A stretch of DNA of 64,000 bases from the IMG/VR virus record IMGVR_UViG_3300028840_003545. One strand, 5' to 3'. A program made the position numbers and the translations under genes. Below are positions 1 through 7,600 of the stretch, piece after piece. This stretch comes from an uncultured virus (IMG/VR IMGVR_UViG_3300028840_003545). Its lineage: Duplodnaviria > Heunggongvirae > Uroviricota > Caudoviricetes. Within the stretch, counting starts at the first letter, position 1; each line of letters opens with the position of its first letter. The notes below the pieces were generated by a model that was not told the DNA's origin, did not search any database, and saw nothing but the letters and a program-made list of their open reading frames with translations.

Positions 1-223
1 CTTCGAAGTTTTTGAGCATAGTAAGAAATGTTGTAACGTTTTCTTGACTGTCATGCTCCCACCATAACGATACAAGACAAGCGGTAAGATACATGCTGTT
101 TTCTGCATAGATAGCAGTTATAACGTCGTTACGTTGACCATTTGCCCATTGTTCGTAAAGTTCTCTAGCTTTATTCTGGTATACTTTCTGATATGACGGC
201 ATTATTTAATCTCCTATTGTTGG

Positions 224-253
224 GTTAATAACATATATCAGATGTTTACATAA
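224..253 (-). promoter_or_regulatory. Repeated upstream element, copy 1 (putative phage promoter)
   Basis: 17-nt GTTAATAACATATATCA identical to 1070-1086, followed by TTTACAT in both; on the - strand it lies just upstream of an AGGAG RBS and the ATG at 202. Confidence 0.55.
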
Positions 254-257
254 AATA

Positions 258-524
258 CTAACAGGTATGTTGTCCGTGTTGGCTAGGATGATTACGATCT
301 TCGCCGCATATAGGACATGGATCGGTTTTTTTAGCGTAACAGATATCAATGTAGTTTTGAGGATTAACTATAGAGTCTTTCTTAGCTATCAGTTCAGCAA
401 ATTCCTCTAAGCCGCCACCATCGATAAACTCAGCGAATTTACCAAAACGTTTTTTACCAAGAATCACCGCTATTACTTCAACGATGTACTTTAGTTCTTT
501 ATCGTATTCGCTTTGATATGACAT
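258..524 (-). CDS. Hypothetical protein, C-terminal CxxC
   Basis: ORF 88 aa, co-oriented with neighbours. Confidence 0.6.
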   Translation of the reverse strand: MSYQSEYDKELKYIVEVIAVILGKKRFGKFAEFIDGGGLEEFAELIAKKDSIVNPQNYIDICYAKKTDPCPICGEDRNHPSQHGQHTC

Positions 525-727
525 TATTATTACCTGTAGAATTTAGCGTTAGGATATCTGTCGCGAATTTCATTGTCGCTTTAGAGTCTTCAGCGTCATG
601 AATACATCCCTTAACCTAACAGGCTTGAATGCTGCAAAAGTATTATCCCATACAAATTTATAGTGTCTTGGATTCCAAATCTTTACATTGAGTGTGCCGT
701 CATCTTGAATTACAAGTAAATGTAGTT

Positions 728-952
728 TCATTTGACAACCTCGATAGTAGCTATTTTCCAAGGCTCTGGACGTTTAAAGCTATCTGACAATGGCTCTATA
801 CAGACGTGTTTATTTGGCTCTAATGGATATTTCCATGAACAATTAGGACAGCGACCATACGTATCGCCACAGTGGTTAGTCTGCACAGAATGTATATGAT
901 TGCATCTGGTGCATTTATACTGTTTCCAGCTTACTTTGCCTGTTGTTTTCAT
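728..952 (-). CDS. Small zinc-ribbon protein
   Basis: CTRC...CPNC pairs. Confidence 0.6.
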   Translation of the reverse strand: MKTTGKVSWKQYKCTRCNHIHSVQTNHCGDTYGRCPNCSWKYPLEPNKHVCIEPLSDSFKRPEPWKIATIEVVK

Positions 953-1069
953 TTATTTAGCCTTTCAATGAAGTTGTTCAGCATATATAGTGGTGTGAAG
1001 AAAATTGCCATTATCAAAATTATGTATAGAGTATCTACTAATTCAGTCATTTTTTTCTCCTTTTACAGT

Positions 1070-1098
1070 GTTAATAACATATATCACAATTTACATTA
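1070..1098 (-). promoter_or_regulatory. Repeated upstream element, copy 2 (putative phage promoter)
   Basis: Same 17-mer as 224-240, upstream of an AGGAG RBS and the ATG at 1050. Confidence 0.55.
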
Positions 1099-1234
1099 AT
1101 ATCTAAATGCTTTCGTTCATTCACATTTATTCAATTCTCCACCATAACCATATTCATGTTTATATTCATCAAAGTTGTATTCTTCTTGTGTGATAATTGT
1201 AGAACATTTTCCACATACGGGGGCGGTAGCTGGG

Positions 1235-1471
1235 TCAGCTAGCCATCATCAGAGCGTCGTGCCACGCTTCGTGCTCGTTGTCCGTCATCCAGCGGAAGTG
1301 CTCACCATCGTTTACGAGCACGCATCCATCACCCCCATCGGCGAATTCTGGTGCGTCGATGACAGCGCTCGCAAGGTCCTCCATCGTGTCGCCTGTCGCT
1401 AGCGCCATCGTTGCATTATTATGATCGAGGGCCATCGATGCGTGATATGTCGTGATTGCGATGTAGCTCAT
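1235..1471 (-). CDS. Hypothetical protein, GC-rich (foreign composition)
   Basis: ORF 78 aa, visibly far more GC-rich than flanks along its whole length. Confidence 0.55.
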   Translation of the reverse strand: MSYIAITTYHASMALDHNNATMALATGDTMEDLASAVIDAPEFADGGDGCVLVNDGEHFRWMTDNEHEAWHDALMMAS

Positions 1472-1841
1472 GTCGATTTTTTATCCTTTTCCAGTAACAG
1501 TATGGTTGACTGTCACCTATTCTAATGAATTCCATTCGAATTAGTTTATCGTCAAATCGAGGGTTCATAACGTTTTCAACGAAGATAATTGTATTTGGAT
1601 AATTGTCAAAAATCCAATCGACTAAATTAGAAAAAGCGCCATTGCCAGGGCAAGACGCTTTGATATTGGCCAAGTCTAATGTTTCTGTTAGATTACCTTC
1701 GATATTATGAAAACCATGCCTAACATACAATGATTCAAAACCAGGAAAACTAACATAAGCGTTAGCGGGACGTTTTGGTCTTTTACTATCAATGAATTGT
1801 TTTAGTGAGGATATGCACATTAGATTATTCCATTGGGGCAC
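1419..1841 (-). CDS. GNAT-fold-like hypothetical protein
   Basis: LDLANIKASCPGNGAFSNLV...VENVMNPRF resembles GNAT motif A/B. Confidence 0.4.
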   Translation of the reverse strand: MPQWNNLMCISSLKQFIDSKRPKRPANAYVSFPGFESLYVRHGFHNIEGNLTETLDLANIKASCPGNGAFSNLVDWIFDNYPNTIIFVENVMNPRFDDKLIRMEFIRIGDSQPYCYWKRIKNRHELHRNHDISRIDGPRS

Positions 1842-1989
1842 TTTGCGGAATTACATACTACCGCCAAGCACCCATGTGAAAGGTAACACCACCCTGCAAG
1901 GGTGTCAACAACAATTTGGTATCGGTTGTGAACGGATGGGGAACGAAAAGGTAACGGACGAGTAAGAGAGGAGGAGCGCGCACGCGCGT

Positions 1990-2006
1990 AGCAAGGTCCG
2001 TGCCAA
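1990..2006 (-). promoter_or_regulatory. Sigma-54 (-24/-12) promoter
   Basis: - strand reads TTGGCACGGACCTTGCT, an exact match to TGGCACG-N4-TTGCW; intergenic. Confidence 0.75.
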
Positions 2007-2035
2007 TCAGCTTAAATATTATTCGATTTTGTTAA

Positions 2036-3652
2036 TTAGCGTTTCGTTGTTTTGCGCTTAATGATACGTTTCTTAGTAGTTTTGCGCTTAGTTACTTTTC
2101 GCTTAGGCTCACCTAATGAGGCTAAAGTTAATGATGCTTCATCACAGCCTACGGTAAACACATAACCTTTGCCTTTACGATTTTTGGTATACGTGTATTC
2201 ATCTTCTTTCAGTAAAGATTCGAATTCTCGAGCTTTAATAGTGTTAGGTAGTGTTATATCTGAGCCAGATACCTTACCACCCATTGATTTAGCTGTTTTC
2301 TTAAGTTCGACTAATGGTTTTGGAGTAGTTTTGCATGCTGGTTTTGGTTCGTCTAGGTTACATTTTTCTAGTTTAGTGTAATATTTAGGATGTTCTTTTA
2401 AATGATCTATAGCGATTTTTTCAGCGAATTCTATCTGTTTTTTCGTAGGTTTTTTACCTGGTTTTAGATTTACATGTTCTAACTCGTGTTTAGTGCCTAT
2501 AGCTAATTCTTTTGGATTTATTTTACTATTTGGCTTTGGTTCTCTTATCTTACGAGTATTAGAGCAGTTGCACATTGATTCTGATGCTATAAATGGTTCT
2601 TCTGCACTCATAATTCCATCATCGTCATCATCTATAGGCATTAGAAGATCTAGAATAGTGTTAGATGCTTTAACGATACGTTTAGCAGATTCTTCGATTT
2701 GTTTTATGGCGACTTCTTTTTTACCTTTTGACCATGAAGCGACATACACTATAGCTGCAACTCCAGTATCTAAACCAAGTGCTTTAGTTACTACGTATGC
2801 AACACTTTCTGCTTCTATCTCTTTTTGACTTGTTGTTGTATTCTCATCGTCACCATGAAGTAATGCATGTGCGGCTTCATGAACTAAAGTAGCAAACATC
2901 TTGCTACGGTTTTTATCTCTAACAATAACTATCTTTTTAGATTTTTTATTATACCATCCAGCCGCTCGTGGATGCTGCTCTTCTTTAGGTAGCTTACTTC
3001 TTTCTATAATTTGCACTCCTTTTACTTTACCATCGGTAGCGTTTTCTAGTAAGATTGCTAACTTTTCCACACTGCTACTAAATACTTCTTTATCTTCAAA
3101 ATCAGGTAGTTCTGGTGGCGCTAACCAGTCTGGAGGTAATTCTTCACCTTCTGTTACTGCTATATCAAATACATACATTGGGGCAAAGTATATTCTACCT
3201 GTCTTAATCTTTTTTTTGCCACTTTTGTCAGTGAATATATTTCCATTTGCTATATCTTCAGGAGTTGCTTTTTCTATTGGAATAGTTATCGGGATAGGTC
3301 GGAAAATCATAATTCCCTTACTACCCTTAGCAGGCCAACGTTTAATCTTACGCCAACGCTGATAAGTCGCTACTGCTGTAGCATTTTCATCTTGCATGTA
3401 AACTAGCATTTGGTTGATAAATGATAGTCTACTTGGAGCAAATTTACTTCGTTTTGCTACATGATCTAAAAAGTTTATCCATTCTTCTTTACTATCTAAT
3501 CCAGATATCGCTTTTACTAATGCTTCTTTAGCTGCAGATACTTTCTTTTCTTGTTCCTCTTTACGTTTAGCCTTTTCTTCATCACTGATAGGCTTTTTCT
3601 TGTATTTTTTGGTTGATTTTTTAGCTGATTTACGTGCTTTAGTTGCTGCCAT
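2036..3652 (-). CDS. ArdC-like ssDNA-binding domain + zincin metallopeptidase (HExxH) + DUF5661-like domain
   Basis: SFINQMLV...ATAVATYQRW...KGSKGIMIFRP...YVFDIAVTEG (ArdC-N); TLVHEAAHALLH...EIEAESVAYVV; GTKHELEH...IAIDHLKEHPKYYTKL; start set at MAATK behind GGAG. Confidence 0.75.
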   Translation of the reverse strand: MAATKARKSAKKSTKKYKKKPISDEEKAKRKEEQEKKVSAAKEALVKAISGLDSKEEWINFLDHVAKRSKFAPSRLSFINQMLVYMQDENATAVATYQRWRKIKRWPAKGSKGIMIFRPIPITIPIEKATPEDIANGNIFTDKSGKKKIKTGRIYFAPMYVFDIAVTEGEELPPDWLAPPELPDFEDKEVFSSSVEKLAILLENATDGKVKGVQIIERSKLPKEEQHPRAAGWYNKKSKKIVIVRDKNRSKMFATLVHEAAHALLHGDDENTTTSQKEIEAESVAYVVTKALGLDTGVAAIVYVASWSKGKKEVAIKQIEESAKRIVKASNTILDLLMPIDDDDDGIMSAEEPFIASESMCNCSNTRKIREPKPNSKINPKELAIGTKHELEHVNLKPGKKPTKKQIEFAEKIAIDHLKEHPKYYTKLEKCNLDEPKPACKTTPKPLVELKKTAKSMGGKVSGSDITLPNTIKAREFESLLKEDEYTYTKNRKGKGYVFTVGCDEASLTLASLGEPKRKVTKRKTTKKRIIKRKTTKR

Positions 3653-3665
3653 TACAAATCTCCAT

Positions 3666-4085
3666 TTACTGGGTACATCTAACAAATCCTGCAATTCTAA
3701 TTAAACGTCTTTTTACACTCTTTCTTTTACGTTCAACTTTGCCATTTAAATCTATCACTCCCCATTCGTAATTGTTGATAGTATAATACACCTTTTTCAC
3801 TTGCTTGTTGCGAAGTTTTCGCATACAGTGTTTACATGGTCTAGCCATAGCAAAATTGCCACTTTTGTTTACTCTTGATACGTAAACTACGGCTCCCTTA
3901 TCGAGTTTTTTACATATTTTAGATTCAGCATGCACTTCTGGGTTAGTTTCTAATCTGCTAGGACTATTCCTAGCTTTAACAATAGCTCCATCTTTCCTGA
4001 TAGCTAAAGCGCCTAATAGATATGCTCGTTCATCTTTGCGTGCCAACGCAAATAAAGCTGCTTCAAGAAATGGTTTTGGTAACAC
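3666..4085 (-). CDS. Cytidine/deoxycytidylate deaminase-fold protein
   Basis: HAE ... PCKHC zinc-binding motifs. Confidence 0.8.
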   Translation of the reverse strand: MLPKPFLEAALFALARKDERAYLLGALAIRKDGAIVKARNSPSRLETNPEVHAESKICKKLDKGAVVYVSRVNKSGNFAMARPCKHCMRKLRNKQVKKVYYTINNYEWGVIDLNGKVERKRKSVKRRLIRIAGFVRCTQ

Positions 4086-4370
4086 TAAATGGTACCTTTC
4101 GCGTCGGGGTTCCGTTGACGAATAGACAAAATACTCAACGTTTGTAGCAAATTGTTGTCATGTTTTCATCGGTAGGTAACTACAATTTCTCCACTGTAGC
4201 AAATGGGTAAGATCGCCATAAGAAGAACTATTAGTGGGGTCCAAAATCAAATTTTTCGAGACGTAAATTATGTTGGATTTTGGATGACAAAATTGTCTGA
4301 ACCCTACAAATATCAGGATCCAGGGAAATCGAAGGTCTAAAATCGTCTGTGGTGTACGAAAGGGCATGAT

Positions 4371-4778
4371 ATGAAGATTCCTACGCCAAATATGTTAGTT
4401 GGAGCCTATATAAAGGATATGAGAAAAGCAAAAGGCTATAGCATCAGAGGTCTATGTAGAGAGATAGAATTGAGCGCTCAACACCTATCGGAAATAGAAC
4501 GAGGTGTTGTAAAAGCTTCTGCACCAGTGATAACAGAATTAGCAAAGAAGCTTGATTTAGATGTTGCGGAACTAATGGCTCGTGGGGGAGTTGTCCCAGA
4601 TCAAGTGCGTCAATATATTGCTGAACACCCAGCCGCTGGGGTGCTTCTACAGAGATTGATCAAATATAACTTAAGCGATAGAAGTATACGATTGTTTATC
4701 AATCATATTGATGCTGTTGTCGAAAATTCTCGCAATCGTAAGAAAGAAATTGAGGACAAGAAAAAATCTGCACATTAA
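4371..4778 (+). CDS. XRE-family HTH transcriptional regulator
   Basis: IKDMRKAKGYSIRGLCREIELSAQHLSEIERG. Confidence 0.85.
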   Translation: MKIPTPNMLVGAYIKDMRKAKGYSIRGLCREIELSAQHLSEIERGVVKASAPVITELAKKLDLDVAELMARGGVVPDQVRQYIAEHPAAGVLLQRLIKYNLSDRSIRLFINHIDAVVENSRNRKKEIEDKKKSAH

Positions 4779-5088
4779 CTACAATATCTATGTTTTGTAA
4801 CAAAGGTACCAATTGATTTTATTCGATCGAGCCACAGTAGTCGTCTTTTCTTTTTCGGAATTGTATTTTTTGGCTTAACAGGTATCGATTGCTCTTTTTT
4901 GCATCGATTACATATTAGCGTATTATTATCTTTTGACTCAATATGTGCGGCCCATGACCAAGTCTGTGATGTAGCCATCGAATTACCTGTTGCTTCGAGA
5001 ATTTGGGGGCGTGGTGAGGTTTGGGGTATCACCCCTAGCTGCGGAGCGACGAAAGCTCGCCAGGGTGACAAATCTTGGCAGCGTGGCC

Positions 5089-5571
5089 CTAATCGATTGG
5101 AGGGCAGTCGAGCGTGACGCGGATTGCGTGATAACGCGGTGCGGCAGACTGCTGATCGTATTTCCAATTAAGTCTAATATCATCATCATTAGTTAATCCG
5201 AGATAATCTGTGATTCCATCGCGTATGGCTTTGAATGCCATTGTTATATTATCATCTGAATCTAATTGTCTTGGTGCAATACGACATAATGTAACTATGA
5301 TAGGTAGTTTTGGACTGAATTCAGCAGTATTTAGTATTGTTTTGATACCTTGTCTTTGTTCTTTCGTTCTTTTTGCCTTAGCAGTCCAATGTTCTTGTAT
5401 ATTAGCTCTGGAAGGCAATCTATAACCTTCCAAAAGCAATATTAACCTCCGACCTTCATCTTGTATTCTAAACTTAGGTACAATTACTGGTGGAGGTTTT
5501 TTAATCTTTCTCTTTTTTTTGGTCTTTTTACCCGTTAATAACTCTAACTGAGTTTGTTTTTTTCTTTGCAT
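5089..5571 (-). CDS. RusA-like Holliday junction resolvase/endonuclease
   Basis: LPSRAN...VTLCRIAPRQLDSDDNITMAFKAIRDGI...NDDD, the RusA acidic/Lys pattern. Confidence 0.6.
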   Translation of the reverse strand: MQRKKQTQLELLTGKKTKKKRKIKKPPPVIVPKFRIQDEGRRLILLLEGYRLPSRANIQEHWTAKAKRTKEQRQGIKTILNTAEFSPKLPIIVTLCRIAPRQLDSDDNITMAFKAIRDGITDYLGLTNDDDIRLNWKYDQQSAAPRYHAIRVTLDCPPID

Positions 5572-6151
5572 TTTTATTTTTTCGTTTGTATTGTAAGATA
5601 GGTGTTTTACCGTGAGAAACTATGACAGTGGTACCACTTTTGGTTGCTTTTTTGACATTTTTAGCAGGTTTTCTGCTTTCTGTTATTGCTTTTTTCTTTT
5701 CTTCGTCATATTCTACAAATGGAATAAATAGTTCCATACCTTTCATCATTTCAAATGGAACTTTAAAAACACCTTTACTATATTCATCTTCTGCCATTTC
5801 TTTCGGATCTGTTTGGTATTCTGCCAAAATCAACGAATCAGAGATAAATAACATTGCGGCTTGACATTTCTTAAAATTCATTTCCCAATTAAATTCTACT
5901 GTATATGTATTGCCAAAAAACATTTTTAATGAAGCTACACATCTATCTTTACATGGTATTTCTGAATATTGTAAGTTTTCTTGCATTGCTTCGTGGTCAT
6001 TTTTACTAATAAATCCTTCTATAATGTACACGATATACTTCTTCGGAACATCGTTAGCCTTAACCATTATCATGGATCGGCCAGTTCTCATACAATTATG
6101 CTTTAGACATTTCAGGACAGCAATTTTATCAGCCTTGGTTTCGTATTGCAT
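5528..6151 (-). CDS. Hypothetical protein
   Basis: ORF 207 aa overlapping neighbours in an operon-like arrangement. Confidence 0.6.
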   Translation of the reverse strand: MQYETKADKIAVLKCLKHNCMRTGRSMIMVKANDVPKKYIVYIIEGFISKNDHEAMQENLQYSEIPCKDRCVASLKMFFGNTYTVEFNWEMNFKKCQAAMLFISDSLILAEYQTDPKEMAEDEYSKGVFKVPFEMMKGMELFIPFVEYDEEKKKAITESRKPAKNVKKATKSGTTVIVSHGKTPILQYKRKNKNAKKKTNSVRVING

Positions 6152-6854
6152 TATATGTATCCTCTTGTAGTAGTTCTCGTTTTAATATACGTTGTATTTG
6201 AGTTATACCTAGTGGTTTACCTGCTCTAGATAGTACACCCAAATCTTTTAGTTCCGATGCGATTTGTTTTAGAAAAAGTCCATTATCTCTCATAGTTGTA
6301 ATTGAATTGATTACATTTCTTTCTTTCTCATCTACCACTATACGTCCATTTTCTACTTTGTACCCATATGGTGGTCTACCACCTGTATACAATCCCTGCT
6401 CTTTCATATGTTGCATAACTAGGGTTGTACGTTCTCTTATTTGGTTACGTTCTAATTCAGCAACGCCAGCCATAATTGTGATAAAGAATTTACCCATAGG
6501 ACCAGCGGTATTAATAGCTTGTTGTCCCATTTCAATTAAATGCAGTGAAGTTGATTGTTTATCCCATTTTTCAACCACATTTAGACAATCAGATGCGTTT
6601 CTAAATAGTCTGTCTAGTTTTAATGATACAACTCCATCAACTTCTTTATTATTGACCATTTCTATAATTCGCTTGCCGCCAGAACGATCTTCCAGGGGAT
6701 TTCCAGCACTTACCCCTGGATCTGCGACAATATCTACTAATTGAGCATCAAATAAAGACGTATATTTAGATATCTTTTCTTTTTGAGCATCCAATGACAA
6801 GCCTTCTTTAGCTTGTTCTTCAGTGGATACTCTTATGTAACCTACTAATTTCAT
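6129..6854 (-). CDS. Serine recombinase (resolvase/invertase family) with short C-terminal DNA-binding region
   Basis: GYIRVSTEEQ (catalytic Ser), DPGVSAG, KLDRLFRN, AELERNQIRERT, GGRPPYGY. Confidence 0.92.
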   Translation of the reverse strand: MKLVGYIRVSTEEQAKEGLSLDAQKEKISKYTSLFDAQLVDIVADPGVSAGNPLEDRSGGKRIIEMVNNKEVDGVVSLKLDRLFRNASDCLNVVEKWDKQSTSLHLIEMGQQAINTAGPMGKFFITIMAGVAELERNQIRERTTLVMQHMKEQGLYTGGRPPYGYKVENGRIVVDEKERNVINSITTMRDNGLFLKQIASELKDLGVLSRAGKPLGITQIQRILKRELLQEDTYNAIRNQG

Positions 6855-7049
6855 TTTAAATCTGTTCCAAATAGATTCGGATCGTTAGCAGCTTCTTCTG
6901 AAAAACCGCAATCATCACATAGTATAAGTTTCGATATTGGATCGTTTTGAACCCATCTCATTTTAGAACTACATTTAGGACATGGTTGACAGCCATACAT
7001 GTTAGCGCTTTTCAATTCATAGTTTAAATGGTTTGATGGTACAGTATTT

Positions 7050-7331
7050 TTAGTCATCTTTTTTATCTTTATGACATTCACAACAACAGCCGCCAGGACC
7101 AGAACATCCTTTACATCTTTCACAGTCATTTTCTGTAATTGAATACATTGAAATGAATTGGCACATGTGACATTCAATATAAATTATTGGCTTGACAAAT
7201 TTAACGTCTCCAATTGAACAATTAGGAGTTGCCTTATTTGATAGGTAAGCTTTTTCAGGTTTGTACAGTAATTCTTCGCCACAATTAGGACAGAATCTAT
7301 CTTTTAAATTATCCATTACAAATTCTTTCAT
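7050..7331 (-). CDS. Cys-rich zinc-ribbon protein
   Basis: CPNC, CHMC, CERCKGC, CCCECH. Confidence 0.6.
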   Translation of the reverse strand: MKEFVMDNLKDRFCPNCGEELLYKPEKAYLSNKATPNCSIGDVKFVKPIIYIECHMCQFISMYSITENDCERCKGCSGPGGCCCECHKDKKDD

Positions 7332-7414
7332 ATATATCTAGGATCGCAGTCCGAATCGTACGGAGACGGTAACACAATTCCATCCCACTGTGTATTTATT
7401 TGTGCTCTCGAGTG

Positions 7415-7431
7415 TTGGCACGGACTTTGCT
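7415..7431 (+). promoter_or_regulatory. Sigma-54 (-24/-12) promoter
   Basis: TTGGCACGGACTTTGCT, exact consensus, intergenic, upstream of the 7601 gene. Confidence 0.75.
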
Positions 7432-7520
7432 TTCGCGTGCGCGCATCCGTCTGTCTGTATCAGACGTTCGGGAATTCTACGTAAGGTTTGAATTACATTG
7501 TTCTCTATATCCTGGATCGC

Positions 7521-7550
7521 TTGCACTTGTACGTATAAAGGTGATACACT
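7521..7550 (+). promoter_or_regulatory. Sigma-70-type promoter candidate
   Basis: TTGCAC-N18-TACACT with TG extended -10, ~50 nt upstream of ATG 7601. Confidence 0.4.
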
Positions 7551-7600
7551 CTAATAGGGTAAACTCGGATTAGTGTATCTGTAATTAGGAGAACCAAATA

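Noticed and set aside
6129..6854. IS607-type transposon
   Set aside because: The recombinase has no N-terminal HTH and no adjacent TnpB; it is translationally coupled to phage genes.
7338..7526. 62-aa ORF on the - strand
   Set aside because: Overlaps the divergent promoter region including the sigma-54 box; no RBS or recognisable motif.
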